DNA of 64,000 nucleotides from Podarcis bocagei (Eukaryota): NCBI GenBank assembly GCA_964188305.1, contig OZ076888.1; one strand, given 5' to 3'. The notes beneath the pieces are model-generated. The model saw only the letters and a program-made list of their open reading frames with translations. It ran no database searches and was not told the origin of the DNA. Shown here piece after piece: positions 52,818 through 62,835 of this stretch; position 1 is the first letter of the stretch; every line of letters starts with the position of its first letter. The position numbers and the translations under genes were made by a program.

Positions 52818-53185
52818 GGGACACGGGTGGCGCTGTGGGTTAAACCACAGAGTCTAGGACTTGCCGATCAGAAGGTTTGTGGTTTGAATCCCCGCGACGG
52901 GGTGAGCTCCCGTTGCTCAGTCCCAGCTCCTGCCAACCTAGCAGTTCAAAAGCACGTCAAAGTGCAAGTAGATAAATAGGTACTGCTCCAGCGGGAAGGT
53001 AAACGGCGTTTCTGTGCGCTGCTCTGGTTCGCCAGAAGCAGCTTTGTCTTGCTGGCCACATGACCCAGAAGCTGTCTGCGGACAAACACCGGCTCCCTCC
53101 GCCTGTAAAGCAAGATGAGTGCCGCAACCCCAGAGTTGGCCACGACTGGACCTAATGGTCAGGGGTCCCTTTACCCCTTACCTTT
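52818..53185 (+). mobile_element. Sauria SINE
   Basis: Full length; TSD tagagtgat. Confidence 0.94.
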
Positions 53186-53397
53186 CTAGAGTGATGTGCA
53201 TGTTGGAATCAGCTCAATATAGAATGGTGGCAATGGTTTTCCTATAGAGTCCACAACACAGGAAAAGAGGACTGACAGTAGCCCAGACAGGCCCTTGAAA
53301 TTAATATGGGCTTCAAATATATCAGCCGTCATGCATCCCACTTTAGCAATCCCTTAGAGGCCTATGATAGAGGTAACAGACCCTGAACAGCGTAATC

Positions 53398-53610
53398 TAT
53401 TTATTATTAGGTTTATGCCCCACGTTTTGTCCAAGGAGCTCAGGGGAGCCTGCATTGTTCTCCCACTCCTTGTTTTATCCTCACAACAACCCTGCGACGT
53501 AGATTTGGCTGAAAGACTGTGATTGGCCCAAAGTCACCCAGGGAGCTTCATAGCTGAGTGACAATTTAAACCTTGTTCTCCAAGGTCCTAGTTCAGAACG
53601 CTAATCACTA
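53398..53610 (-). mobile_element. CORE/MIR-like SINE interrupted by the 2.1-kb retroelement; remainder at 55728-55755
   Basis: tttatcctcacaacaaccct...gcccaaagtcacccag...cttcatagctgagtg is reverse-homologous to 21232-21450. Confidence 0.75.
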
Positions 53611-55727
53611 GACTTCCCGGTTAGCGCCTCCGGCAATGGCGGATTTCCTCTGATCGGGAGGAATCCGCTCCGTGGAAACTAGGGTCTGGACCTCCACGGC
53701 GAGGCGGAGACCCACTAAAAACCACAGGCGGGAGAAGCCTGTGGACGTGGGATTCAGCTGGCACTTTTTGTGCCTCCCCTACTGGCGGGGAAACCCGGTT
53801 TCGGGGATCCGGAGCGACGTGGGGTGAGCGGCGCGGTGCTTCGAATCGACTGCTTCTTTCACGGAGTGAAGCCGCATTGCTGTTGCCGGAGAGCGCTGAC
53901 TTTTTCCTGTGGACAATTGGACTTTAAACAACTACCCGTGAGTAGAACAGAAAATTGGATCTTTAAACATCTTAATTTGGCACCGAAACGGGAAGGTTTC
54001 AAACAGGAAGTCCGCCTTCCTCTTTTGTAAATAGATTGAAGCAAAGACGTTGCAAGCTAAAGTCTGGAAAGCCTTTTGTAAAGGATTAAATCTCCATTGG
54101 TTAAAATTACTAAACCCCCCTTGGAAGCAGGAGAAGAGGGGGGAAATTTTAGATCGCCTAAGCCTGCAGGAGAGAGAGTGAAGAAAGATAAATTACCACC
54201 GTTTTGAACCTGGGAACGGGCTGCCAGTAAGATCAATGTTTTGGGAAAGTTCATTGACTGTGAATAAAACGTATGTTGACAGATAGTTAAACAAGAGAAA
54301 TATATTGTTTCCATTGTTTCCTTTTGCACTTAAAAGGGAGCAAAAGTAACTGAAAATCGAAACTAACTTTGTTGCTGGATCTGCGTTTAAAAGGACGGAT
54401 ACAAATAGAAATTGTTTCCCCTAGAGGGAGCTTTTGAAACTGTTGCAGGAGTGGAGCTGGGGAATTTTCCAGCTGTAGAGATTAAAGACCGTGAGAATCA
54501 GAGATTGACCTTGGACAAGAATGTTGACAGAAGAAGCCTTAGTGATTGCATTTTGCAAGACAAGTGCTTTATTGGAACAGCTTCATGAGAAGACGGGTGT
54601 GATGATTACTAAAATTGACTATTTGGGACAAAAAATGACTGATTTGGGACAAAAAGTGAATACCTATACAGAAACTACTCAGGAATCGATTCAGGAATCT
54701 GTTTTGACATGGCAAGCTGTGGAGAAGATGAATGAGAAAACTGTTGTAGTGGAGAGAGCCCTGGCCTTACAGAGGCAATTTGATGAACATAAGCTGTTGC
54801 CTTTTACGATTGAATCTAGAGAAAGCCAGATTTGGAGGGATGGAGTCCCGCTTGGATTGGAGAAGGAAAGTTGGATAGATCCCCTTATGCAGGGATGTTC
54901 TGGCTTTTGGGATCTGGCTTTGGGTCAGGGGGAGATTAGAGTTGTGGGGGCCTTTAGCTTTGGAGGGATTTTGAAACATGCTCTGAAATATCTTTTGGAC
55001 TTTAGTTCTGACTATGGAGATTGGGCTGACCTGTCGAGAAGGAATAAAGACATTGTTAGGTTGGAGTTTCCCCGAGATCTACTCCTCAGTGCCAAAGGAA
55101 GGAAATTAAGAACAAGATCAGCAGAAGATAAAGTAAAGTGTATGTATAAATATGAAGAAGATCTGCAGAAGGGACATGGAAAAGAGTTAAGAGCCTCGGA
55201 CAGAAGATCACCAGGTTGATGGACCATATGGAATTGATAGAAAGGACTGACAAAATCCGAGACCAGGGAGAAGAGACGGTGGAAGAAGATTGGAAAAAAG
55301 TTTAAAATTTTATTTAGAGAAATAATGTAAAATTAATGAGTGTTATACGGCTTTAGTAGAAATGTTATAAGGAGTTAAGTATAAATAAGTTTTAGGGTTT
55401 TAATGATAAGATAAGGTTAAAATAAATTAAGACAATTCAATGACAGAAAACAGTGAAAGATGGAAAGGATTTGCTGAAATAATTAATAACTAGAACACAA
55501 AAAAGGGAGGTGTGAGGAGGTCGATGAAACAAGTTAATGAAAGATAAAGATATGGAAATATTGGATGTGTTTTTAATAGTTTTTGTTTTTGTGTTGATGT
55601 ATTGTGTCTTTTGTTTTTTTTTTATATGTACTGTAATGTATTGATTTGTATTGTTTACTTTTTCTCTTTCTTTTTTACTTCTTTCTGTAATTCTTAAACT
55701 TTTAATAAATATTATTTTTTTAAAAAC
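53611..55727 (+). mobile_element. Full-length 2117-bp non-autonomous L1-derived (half-L1-like) retrotransposon
   Basis: 17-bp TSD cagaacgctaatcacta (53594-53610 / 55728-55744); CpG-rich 5' end GACTTCCCGG...AATGGCGG; a single ORF; a remnant of the ORF2 C-terminus; T-rich 3'UTR; AATAAA and a short A-tail. Confidence 0.9.
54521..55219 (+). CDS. Diverged L1 ORF1p-like protein, 232 aa
   Basis: N-terminal heptad/coiled-coil segment (KIDYLGQKMTDLGQKVN); RRM-start-like RESQIWRDGVP; CTD-like VRLEFPRDLLLSAKGRKLRTRSAED; occupies the ORF1 position in the element. Confidence 0.65.
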   Translation: MLTEEALVIAFCKTSALLEQLHEKTGVMITKIDYLGQKMTDLGQKVNTYTETTQESIQESVLTWQAVEKMNEKTVVVERALALQRQFDEHKLLPFTIESRESQIWRDGVPLGLEKESWIDPLMQGCSGFWDLALGQGEIRVVGAFSFGGILKHALKYLLDFSSDYGDWADLSRRNKDIVRLEFPRDLLLSAKGRKLRTRSAEDKVKCMYKYEEDLQKGHGKELRASDRRSPG

Positions 55728-55917
55728 CAGAACGCTAATCACTATACCATATTGATACCATATTTTGCTCCTACAGAGTTTGGCAGGTGGGAAGGACAGT
55801 TATATTTTGCTTAAAATAGAATGAGTCACAAATGTGCCCTTCACTTAACTGATACTGAGACATCCAAGAACTATTTTTAAAAATAAAATATTGCATTCTT
55901 GCTAATCTTTTTAACTA

Positions 55918-56159
55918 CAGTGGTACCTCGGGTTACATACGCTTCAGGTTACATACGCTTCAGGTTACACACGCCGCTAACCTAGAAATAGTGCTTCAGA
56001 TTAAGAACTTTGCCTCAGGATAAGAACAGAAATCAGGCTCTGGCAGCGCCGCGGCAGCAGGAGGCCCCATTAGCTAAAGTGGTGCTTCAGGTTAAGAACA
56101 GTTTCAGGTTACGTACGGACCTCCGGAACGAATTAAGTACTTAACCCGAGGTACCACTG
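55918..56159. mobile_element. 242-bp Tigger-like MITE
   Basis: CAGTGGTACCTCGGGTTA TIRs; TA TSD. Confidence 0.94.
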
Positions 56160-56974
56160 TATATCACATTCATTAGTCTTGTTGAGTTTCCCTCTCAAAA
56201 GTATCTCCTAATGAAGATCTGAGCACTGAGCTTTCCCCCACCCCTTTTGCATTGAAAAAAGCATTCTTTCTGATTAACAGAACCATTTAATCATGTTTAA
56301 CCTCACCCTGTGTTGATACATATTTGAGACCCCAGCATGGCTTATTGTAGGTCAGCAAACAGGCAACAAACAAAAGCTGCAATCTATATCATCTATACCT
56401 ATATCATGTACCACTGCATTCTATTACATCACTTTTCCTTTTGTTTAAGTGGGCTCTTAGCTAGTGGTGAGGCACAGACAACATTGCCCACCAATTGATT
56501 GTAGCCTCTTTTAGATGCTTGCTTCATACCCACATCATCATTTGAGGCGGTGATAGTTGAATGATCCACATATGAGTATAAGCCCATTAATGGGCCACCT
56601 AGAATGGCAGGCAGACAATAGGAATCCTATCCAATCCGCATCGTCTACCCTCTCACAGGCAACAATTTCTCCACTTTTCTACTGAAATATTCATTGCACA
56701 AAATACTTGGGCATAATAGCTTGCCTTGCCTGCTCCTACTGTCTACTTGCTGCACATTATAAGTATGTGAGAGAGAGACAGAAATCCTACTTCACGTGCT
56801 ATTTCCTTCTGTTTTAGACCTATGATTGTACTGAAGCCAGGGGATTTAATTAATTAATTAATCAATTCATTAGAATATATATGTGTACTAGATATAAGGG
56901 TGCATGATAGTCATTAGACAAATTTAATGTTGGTGTGCTTATTTATTTATCATTTTGAATTCATCATTCACAAA

Positions 56975-57297
56975 CGACTCTGGGGTTGTGGCGCTCATCT
57001 CACTTTACTGGCTAAGGGAGCCGACGTTTGTCCACAGACAGTTTTTCCAGGTCATGTGGCCAGCATGACTAAGCCACTTCTGGCGAAACCAGAGCAGCGC
57101 ACGGAAACACCATTTACCTTCCTGCCAGAGTGGTACCTATTTATCTACTTGCACTTTGTCATGCTTTCGAACTGCTAGATTGGCAGGAGCTGGGACCGAG
57201 CAACGGGAGCTCACCCCGTCATGGGGATTTGAACCGCCGACCTTCTGATTGGCAAGCCCAAGGCTCAGTGGTTTACACACAGCTCCACCCGCGTCCC
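56975..57297 (-). mobile_element. Sauria SINE lacking its 3' tail
   Basis: Homologous body and head ending ...cacccgcgtccc. Confidence 0.9.
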
Positions 57298-59034
57298 TTA
57301 TCTATCATTAAAATGGCTAATATATGGAATGCACTTGTATCTGCAGTATCTGAATTTAAAAGACAGTCTATTTATTTTTTTCCTTATGCAGTTGACATCA
57401 GTCTCCTATTCATAACTCTGATCATGCTAACCCAATGATATAATTCAGTGAAAACTGAACGATAATACCATTTTGCGGTCAATAACAACACACAATGCCC
57501 TGGAATTATAAAAGCCATATTATGGCTTAAACTGTGTTACAATAGATTTTATTATCCACTTTTAATTGCATTCCACTAAATACAATTAGAATGGAACCAA
57601 AGCTTGCAGAAGGGTAGAGGATATCGCCTTTCAAAACCTACTTCGTATGACCTATTAGTACCTGATCTAGTAGCTAATCTATGCTTGAATTATGAATGTA
57701 TCAATAAATGCTGACGAAAATCAGCAATCTTATTTATGCTTTTTTTAAGGAGTTGTTTTTTACAATATATATTTTATATATTGTGCTTCTTTTGTAATGG
57801 TACTCACTGTTATGGAGAACCATCACGTCCTCTTTTTTCTTCCCTGGACACCCATCTCGTGCTGACACCCACAGCACATCTATCAATAAATGAGTATCAG
57901 CACCTCATTTTTTTAAACCCCCAAAAGCATTGTATAAGACAGTGGGAAGGGCTTCATTCAGCAATAACTTTGGGGTATATTAAGATTAGCCAAAATTATA
58001 TCCACTCTTCACAGATATGTGGTCTAGCAATCTATTGTTTTCACTGAAGATGAACTAGAGCTACTACTTGACTCAAATCATGGCTTTCTGGGTTTTGCAA
58101 AGCAGATCTTCAACCAAATGATGCGCTTATTAGTGAAATACATATAAAAGTGAAAATAATATGCAAAAATTGGTTATAATAGGAGGGAATTGCTTGAAAG
58201 AATGCACAATTGCACACAGAAATATGTATACAGTTTTCAATGTGGACTTTTCAATGTGGACTGTTATAAAAATTAACAAACATATGTACAATTGGGGTAC
58301 ATCAAACTTAAGACTGGGGGAAATGAGAAACTGAGAGAAACCAGAATGAATAGGTTCCTCTATTTCTAGAATTGCAGACTTAAGACATTATTAAAAATGT
58401 TAATAAATGCACACAGCTCCCTTTCATTTCAATTATCATTTTAAAAGAATTTATACTTTCCCTTCCTATAAAAGTACATAAGTCGGCTAGTGTACAGTTT
58501 TACAAAGGGTCTCTCCACTGGGGAACTCAACGTACACAAGAGAGTCAGATCCATAGCAGTGACAGACCTTGACATCTCAAATTTCAGTGCTGCCAAGTGC
58601 AATGCAAAAATCCAGCACCACCCATCGTCCCTCACCCTCTTTTCTATGTTTTGATGTGGCACCCCCTGCAACACCCTCTTGGCTCAGCACACAGTGTGGG
58701 CAAACCAGTCACACTCCTTTAAATCACTGCCTGGCTATAAACGTATGATGTGTATGTGGCCAAACTCTGCCACTCTCACAGCCAAACCTCGGAGGAGAGT
58801 GATAGCCCATGTGGAGTACAACTCTGTTTATTTACTTCAGCATCCCTCCCCCAAATCACGGTGACTGGAGTGGCCTCAGAAAAGGGTTCACTGTGATTAA
58901 AAGCTAGACCTGTCTGTCAAAAGAAAACCTCTCTCCACTGACTTCCCTCTTGAGCTCTGGAGATTTCACCAGTCAGGTTGGTTTCTTTTCTCAGAATGGG
59001 GAAACAAACCTATACATTTAACTTTTTGGGAAAT

Positions 59035-59088
<54 letters not shown>

Positions 59089-59512
59089 AAATAAATACAT
59101 TTTTATTTGTATCTTGCCCTCTCCAGCCGGGGCTGGGCTCAGAGCGGCTAACATGATAAAAACAGCACAATATGCATAAAAACATACATCAATTTATTAA
59201 AATACATTTTAAAATTAATTCAGACAAGTTAAAATCTGGAGAGGTGGCAATTATCAGCTTGTAATTGAGAGTGGTTAATACTTGCCAGGATCAACTGTTT
59301 CCACTGAACATACAAGGACTGTGAGTGGGTTGGGGGCTTCCTTTGTGCTTGCTTTATACAAAAGAAAGTAAGTCAAACTGCACCCTGCCCAAAGGCCTGG
59401 CAGAACAACTCCGTCTTGCAGGCCCTGCAGAAAGATGTCAAATCCCGCAGGGCCCTGGTTTCTTGTGGAAGAGCATTCCACCAGGCCAGGGCCGAAAAGG
59501 CCCTGGCTCTAG
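59035..59512 (-). mobile_element. Truncated L2 3' end with (GTT)n tail
   Basis: Shares gctgggctcag(a/g)gcggctaaca and caaaggcctgg...cttgcaggccctgc with 8820-9120. Confidence 0.85.
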
Positions 59513-61930
59513 GAAAAGGAAAAGTAGGCCATAGGGGTGACTCGGAAGTCTGAGTCACTGCCAGGTGACATCTTAACTGTCAGTATCTCAGCTCACAGTC
59601 AGAGGTAACTGGCCTCCCCTGGGCAAACTGAGTGAGATACTTGTTTACATTCCGTCTGCGTCTCCTGGCAGGCAAGGTCGTAAATCGGCGATTCTCCTCG
59701 CCAGAGAAGAACACACCCTCTGCTACTTCTCTCTCCCTGCTCCCCCCCCCCCCAGGGAGGGGAAATAATTTTTTTTAAGTGCGCTGTTGCAAAGTGCATT
59801 ATACAAATGTGACACCAGATGGTGATGATGAGCTATGGCAAATTCAATATATTTTCCAAAACATTAAAATAAACATTTTCACGGCCTATATAGATTCCAC
59901 CTCAGTGTCCCTCCATTCTCGTTTCCATGCAACCTGCCTTCACTTTTCTACTCTACTCCTTCAATAGGAGCTGCACTCCAACTTCATGCAAGTCTAGTAT
60001 TGTGATGTGGCCCTACAAATCCTCCAGTGGGGGCTGCATGATGACATTTACTACATGGTTATTATATGTAGGAATTGCATGTAGCGGCGCTGGATTCTGA
60101 CATAAATAATATGATGTCATCCTCTTTTTCACACACCCTCTTTTTCACGGCCAAAGTCATCATAACAATCCATAATTAAATGTACAAGTCAGCAAATGTG
60201 TCCTCTGTTTTGTTCCTCAAAGTATAGTAGCCCTAAATGTTTAACCTGAATTTGCTATTTTAATTCTTCAGGACATGCCATTTGATTGTCTCTTTGAAGG
60301 AGATTAGATTAAATGATTTTGGCACTTTTCCAACCTCTTTAATTACTGGATAGCATATTCTAAATGAAAATGTTCTGCTTTACCTAAGTGCTTCTAGAGC
60401 CTGTCAACTCCTGCTTCTAATCAACTAAAATCTGTAAAATCTACAACTCTCCACAAAGTGCTAAATCTCAATTCAAATATAATGATATTGCATTTTGCTA
60501 ACTTTTAACCAAGGTGACACCCCTAAATCTTTCTAACCATATTTACGGGGGAAATATATCCCCCACAAATAAATGGAACCCTCTTCTATGTACATACATC
60601 GTTGATACAATGATGAGTCTTTGGAAGTTCTTTTCTCTGTCAAGGCAGTCTCCTAATAATAATAGGAATTTTGGGACTTTTTTCATGAGAAGGAAAAGAA
60701 ATGAATTTGAGACATTTGAGTCTGAAAATTGGGGAAATATTGCCCAACAGAAAGTAGAACAATTGGATGCCATACTAGAATGAATGTTTTGAATAGATTC
60801 CTTTATGTAAGTGACAGATGTAAAATCTGAAGGCCTTTTTATTTTTCACTCTCTCTTCCTTTTTCTTTCTTTCTCTTCTTATATACATTCCTTCTTTTTA
60901 TCTTGTTTCTTCTCATTCTCTTTTTTCTCTTTGGTGTGCACTGCTCTGGAGTCCAAGGATTATACAAATATGAAGGTGGTTGTGTGGCATCTGAATATAG
61001 ACTGCATTTTTAATCAAGGCATATATTGGCTTATATCTTGATCAGGTTCCTAAATTAAATGGGCTTAGATTTTCAAATGTTATGCCAGGCTGAAGACCAA
61101 CTGCCTAAGTACTTTGGCAAGATGTTTATCCTCCTGGACAAGGGGGCCCCCTTTGATTTATAGCAGAAAGCAATTCTCAAAGTCGTAAAAGCTGGAATTA
61201 CAGACTGAGTAAGGACACTGACCCTACATGTTACAGAAGATAACAAAGGCAGAGATAAATATAATTAGCAATGAGTAAATAGTAAAATAATACCAATGTG
61301 CCTCCCAGTAAAATGAGCCAGATCTTCTTCCTAAGGTTAAAAGGCCAAGACCAAATGGAGAAGCATCTAGCTGGCAGAAAGAGAGGCTTTTTGGGAAGTC
61401 TTTTTAAAGCTGTTTCTTTCTTAAACTGAGAGAGTTTGAGGGCAATAAATGTTGGGAAGAGCTAATGGAAACAAAGCAACTGGCTGGAGAAGGGGGGGAA
61501 GTGTAAACTGAAGAGGTTTCTTTTGAAACTGCTTTTTTACTGAGTTCCCTTTTCTACTTTACAAAGGGCCTTATTCCTTTTAAAAGGCTACCTATGTTAT
61601 GTATTAAATATATTGTCTTAAATGTAATTATGCAAAGGAACAAATGCTAGATTCTTATTTCATATAGTTGTAAGAGTTGTAATTAAGTCAGCCACCAGTC
61701 TAGCCCCCCTGCCAGATAAGAGACGCCATCCAAGCTGTCCTGATATATTAGTTGTCAGACATTTGTTTAGAAACCTTCAAATGAAGGAGATCTTTCAATG
61801 TTGATGTGAAACTCAAGATCCTTGACATATGTTTAAGATAAAAATTTAAGATTAACCATTTGTTTTAGAAGGCAATAGGGCAAGGAGGGCAAGAGGTGAG
61901 CTGGTAATTAAGATTCCTTGTTGAGACACA

Positions 61931-62288
61931 TGTAAGATATATTACTACTTATTTGTCATTTATAGATGTAACAATATATAGCTCTTTGTGTTCCATATAA
62001 GGACAGGAGGATATGGGTGTATCTATTAGGATTGGTTATAGCAATCAGCCAATAGGAAATCCAACCAGGCTGATTGGACAGAGGCAGCCAAAGGAGGAGC
62101 AAAGGGGGCTGGATTAAGGGAATATAAGGGCTGGCCATAATGGCAGGAGGCCAGGCCAGAGCTTGGTAACCATATACCACTGTGCCTCTCATTTATTTGT
62201 CTGACAAATAAATTATTATTTTAATTTCTCTGTTGCTGCGTTGAAGATTTCATTCCAGCTAAGCGTTAACCACAAGCAGGGTGCTACA
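61931..62288 (+). mobile_element. 5' LTR of an endogenous retrovirus (~358 bp; the left boundary is less certain)
   Basis: TGTA...TACA ends; several CCAAT/ATTGG boxes (62030-62078); TATAA at 62123-62127; AATAAA at 62207-62212; followed directly by a PBS. Confidence 0.85.
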
Positions 62289-62293
62289 TTTTA

Positions 62294-62311
62294 TGGTGCC
62301 GTGACTCGGAT
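62294..62311 (+). other. Primer-binding site complementary to tRNA-His
   Basis: TGGTGCCGTGACTCGGAT is the exact complement of the 3' 18 nt of vertebrate tRNA-His(GUG). Confidence 0.93.
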
Positions 62312-62502
62312 AAGTGGTCTGCTGGAACGCAGCCCCTTCACCTTACTGAGCAGGGTACAAGAGAGAGGACCACTCACTGCCTACCCAGCGCGCACTGGGA
62401 AAAATTTTTCCAGGGGAACGCAGCAGTCTCGTCTGTCTGATACCCTGCCCACTGACGGCGACGGACCGGGGGGGACCAGAGAAATAAACAGGCAACCAGC
62501 TA

Positions 62503-62511
62503 AGGGTAAGT
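62503..62511 (+). promoter_or_regulatory. Probable retroviral major splice donor
   Basis: AGG|GTAAGT in the leader between the PBS and gag. Confidence 0.65.
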
Positions 62512-62835
62512 GCACTAAGGGGTTTTGGCCCTCCAATTAATTGGGAGGAAGAGAAGTCTTGATCAAACTTCTGCGTCTCAGTAAGTGGGAACTGAGTACG
62601 CTAGGTGGTTGGGTATATCAGATGGTGGTCTGGTGGGGGAAAAGGGAAGAATGGGAGGTAGTGTGTGGTGAAGTATCTAGCGCATTGTATGTGTGAGAAA
62701 GTACAGAGCAATCTGTAGCTGACCTGAGTGTGGAGTGGGCAGTACTTCGGTTCCTGGTAAGGCGACTTCACCAGGCAAGGAAACCCACGAAGCGTGTGTG
62801 TGAGTGACTGAGTGGATACTTCACAGGGCCATACA

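Noticed and set aside
62541-62835. Glyco-Gag-like N-terminal extension of gag from an upstream CTG
   Set aside because: An in-frame TGA at 62809-62811 closes the gag frame 8 codons upstream of the ATG.
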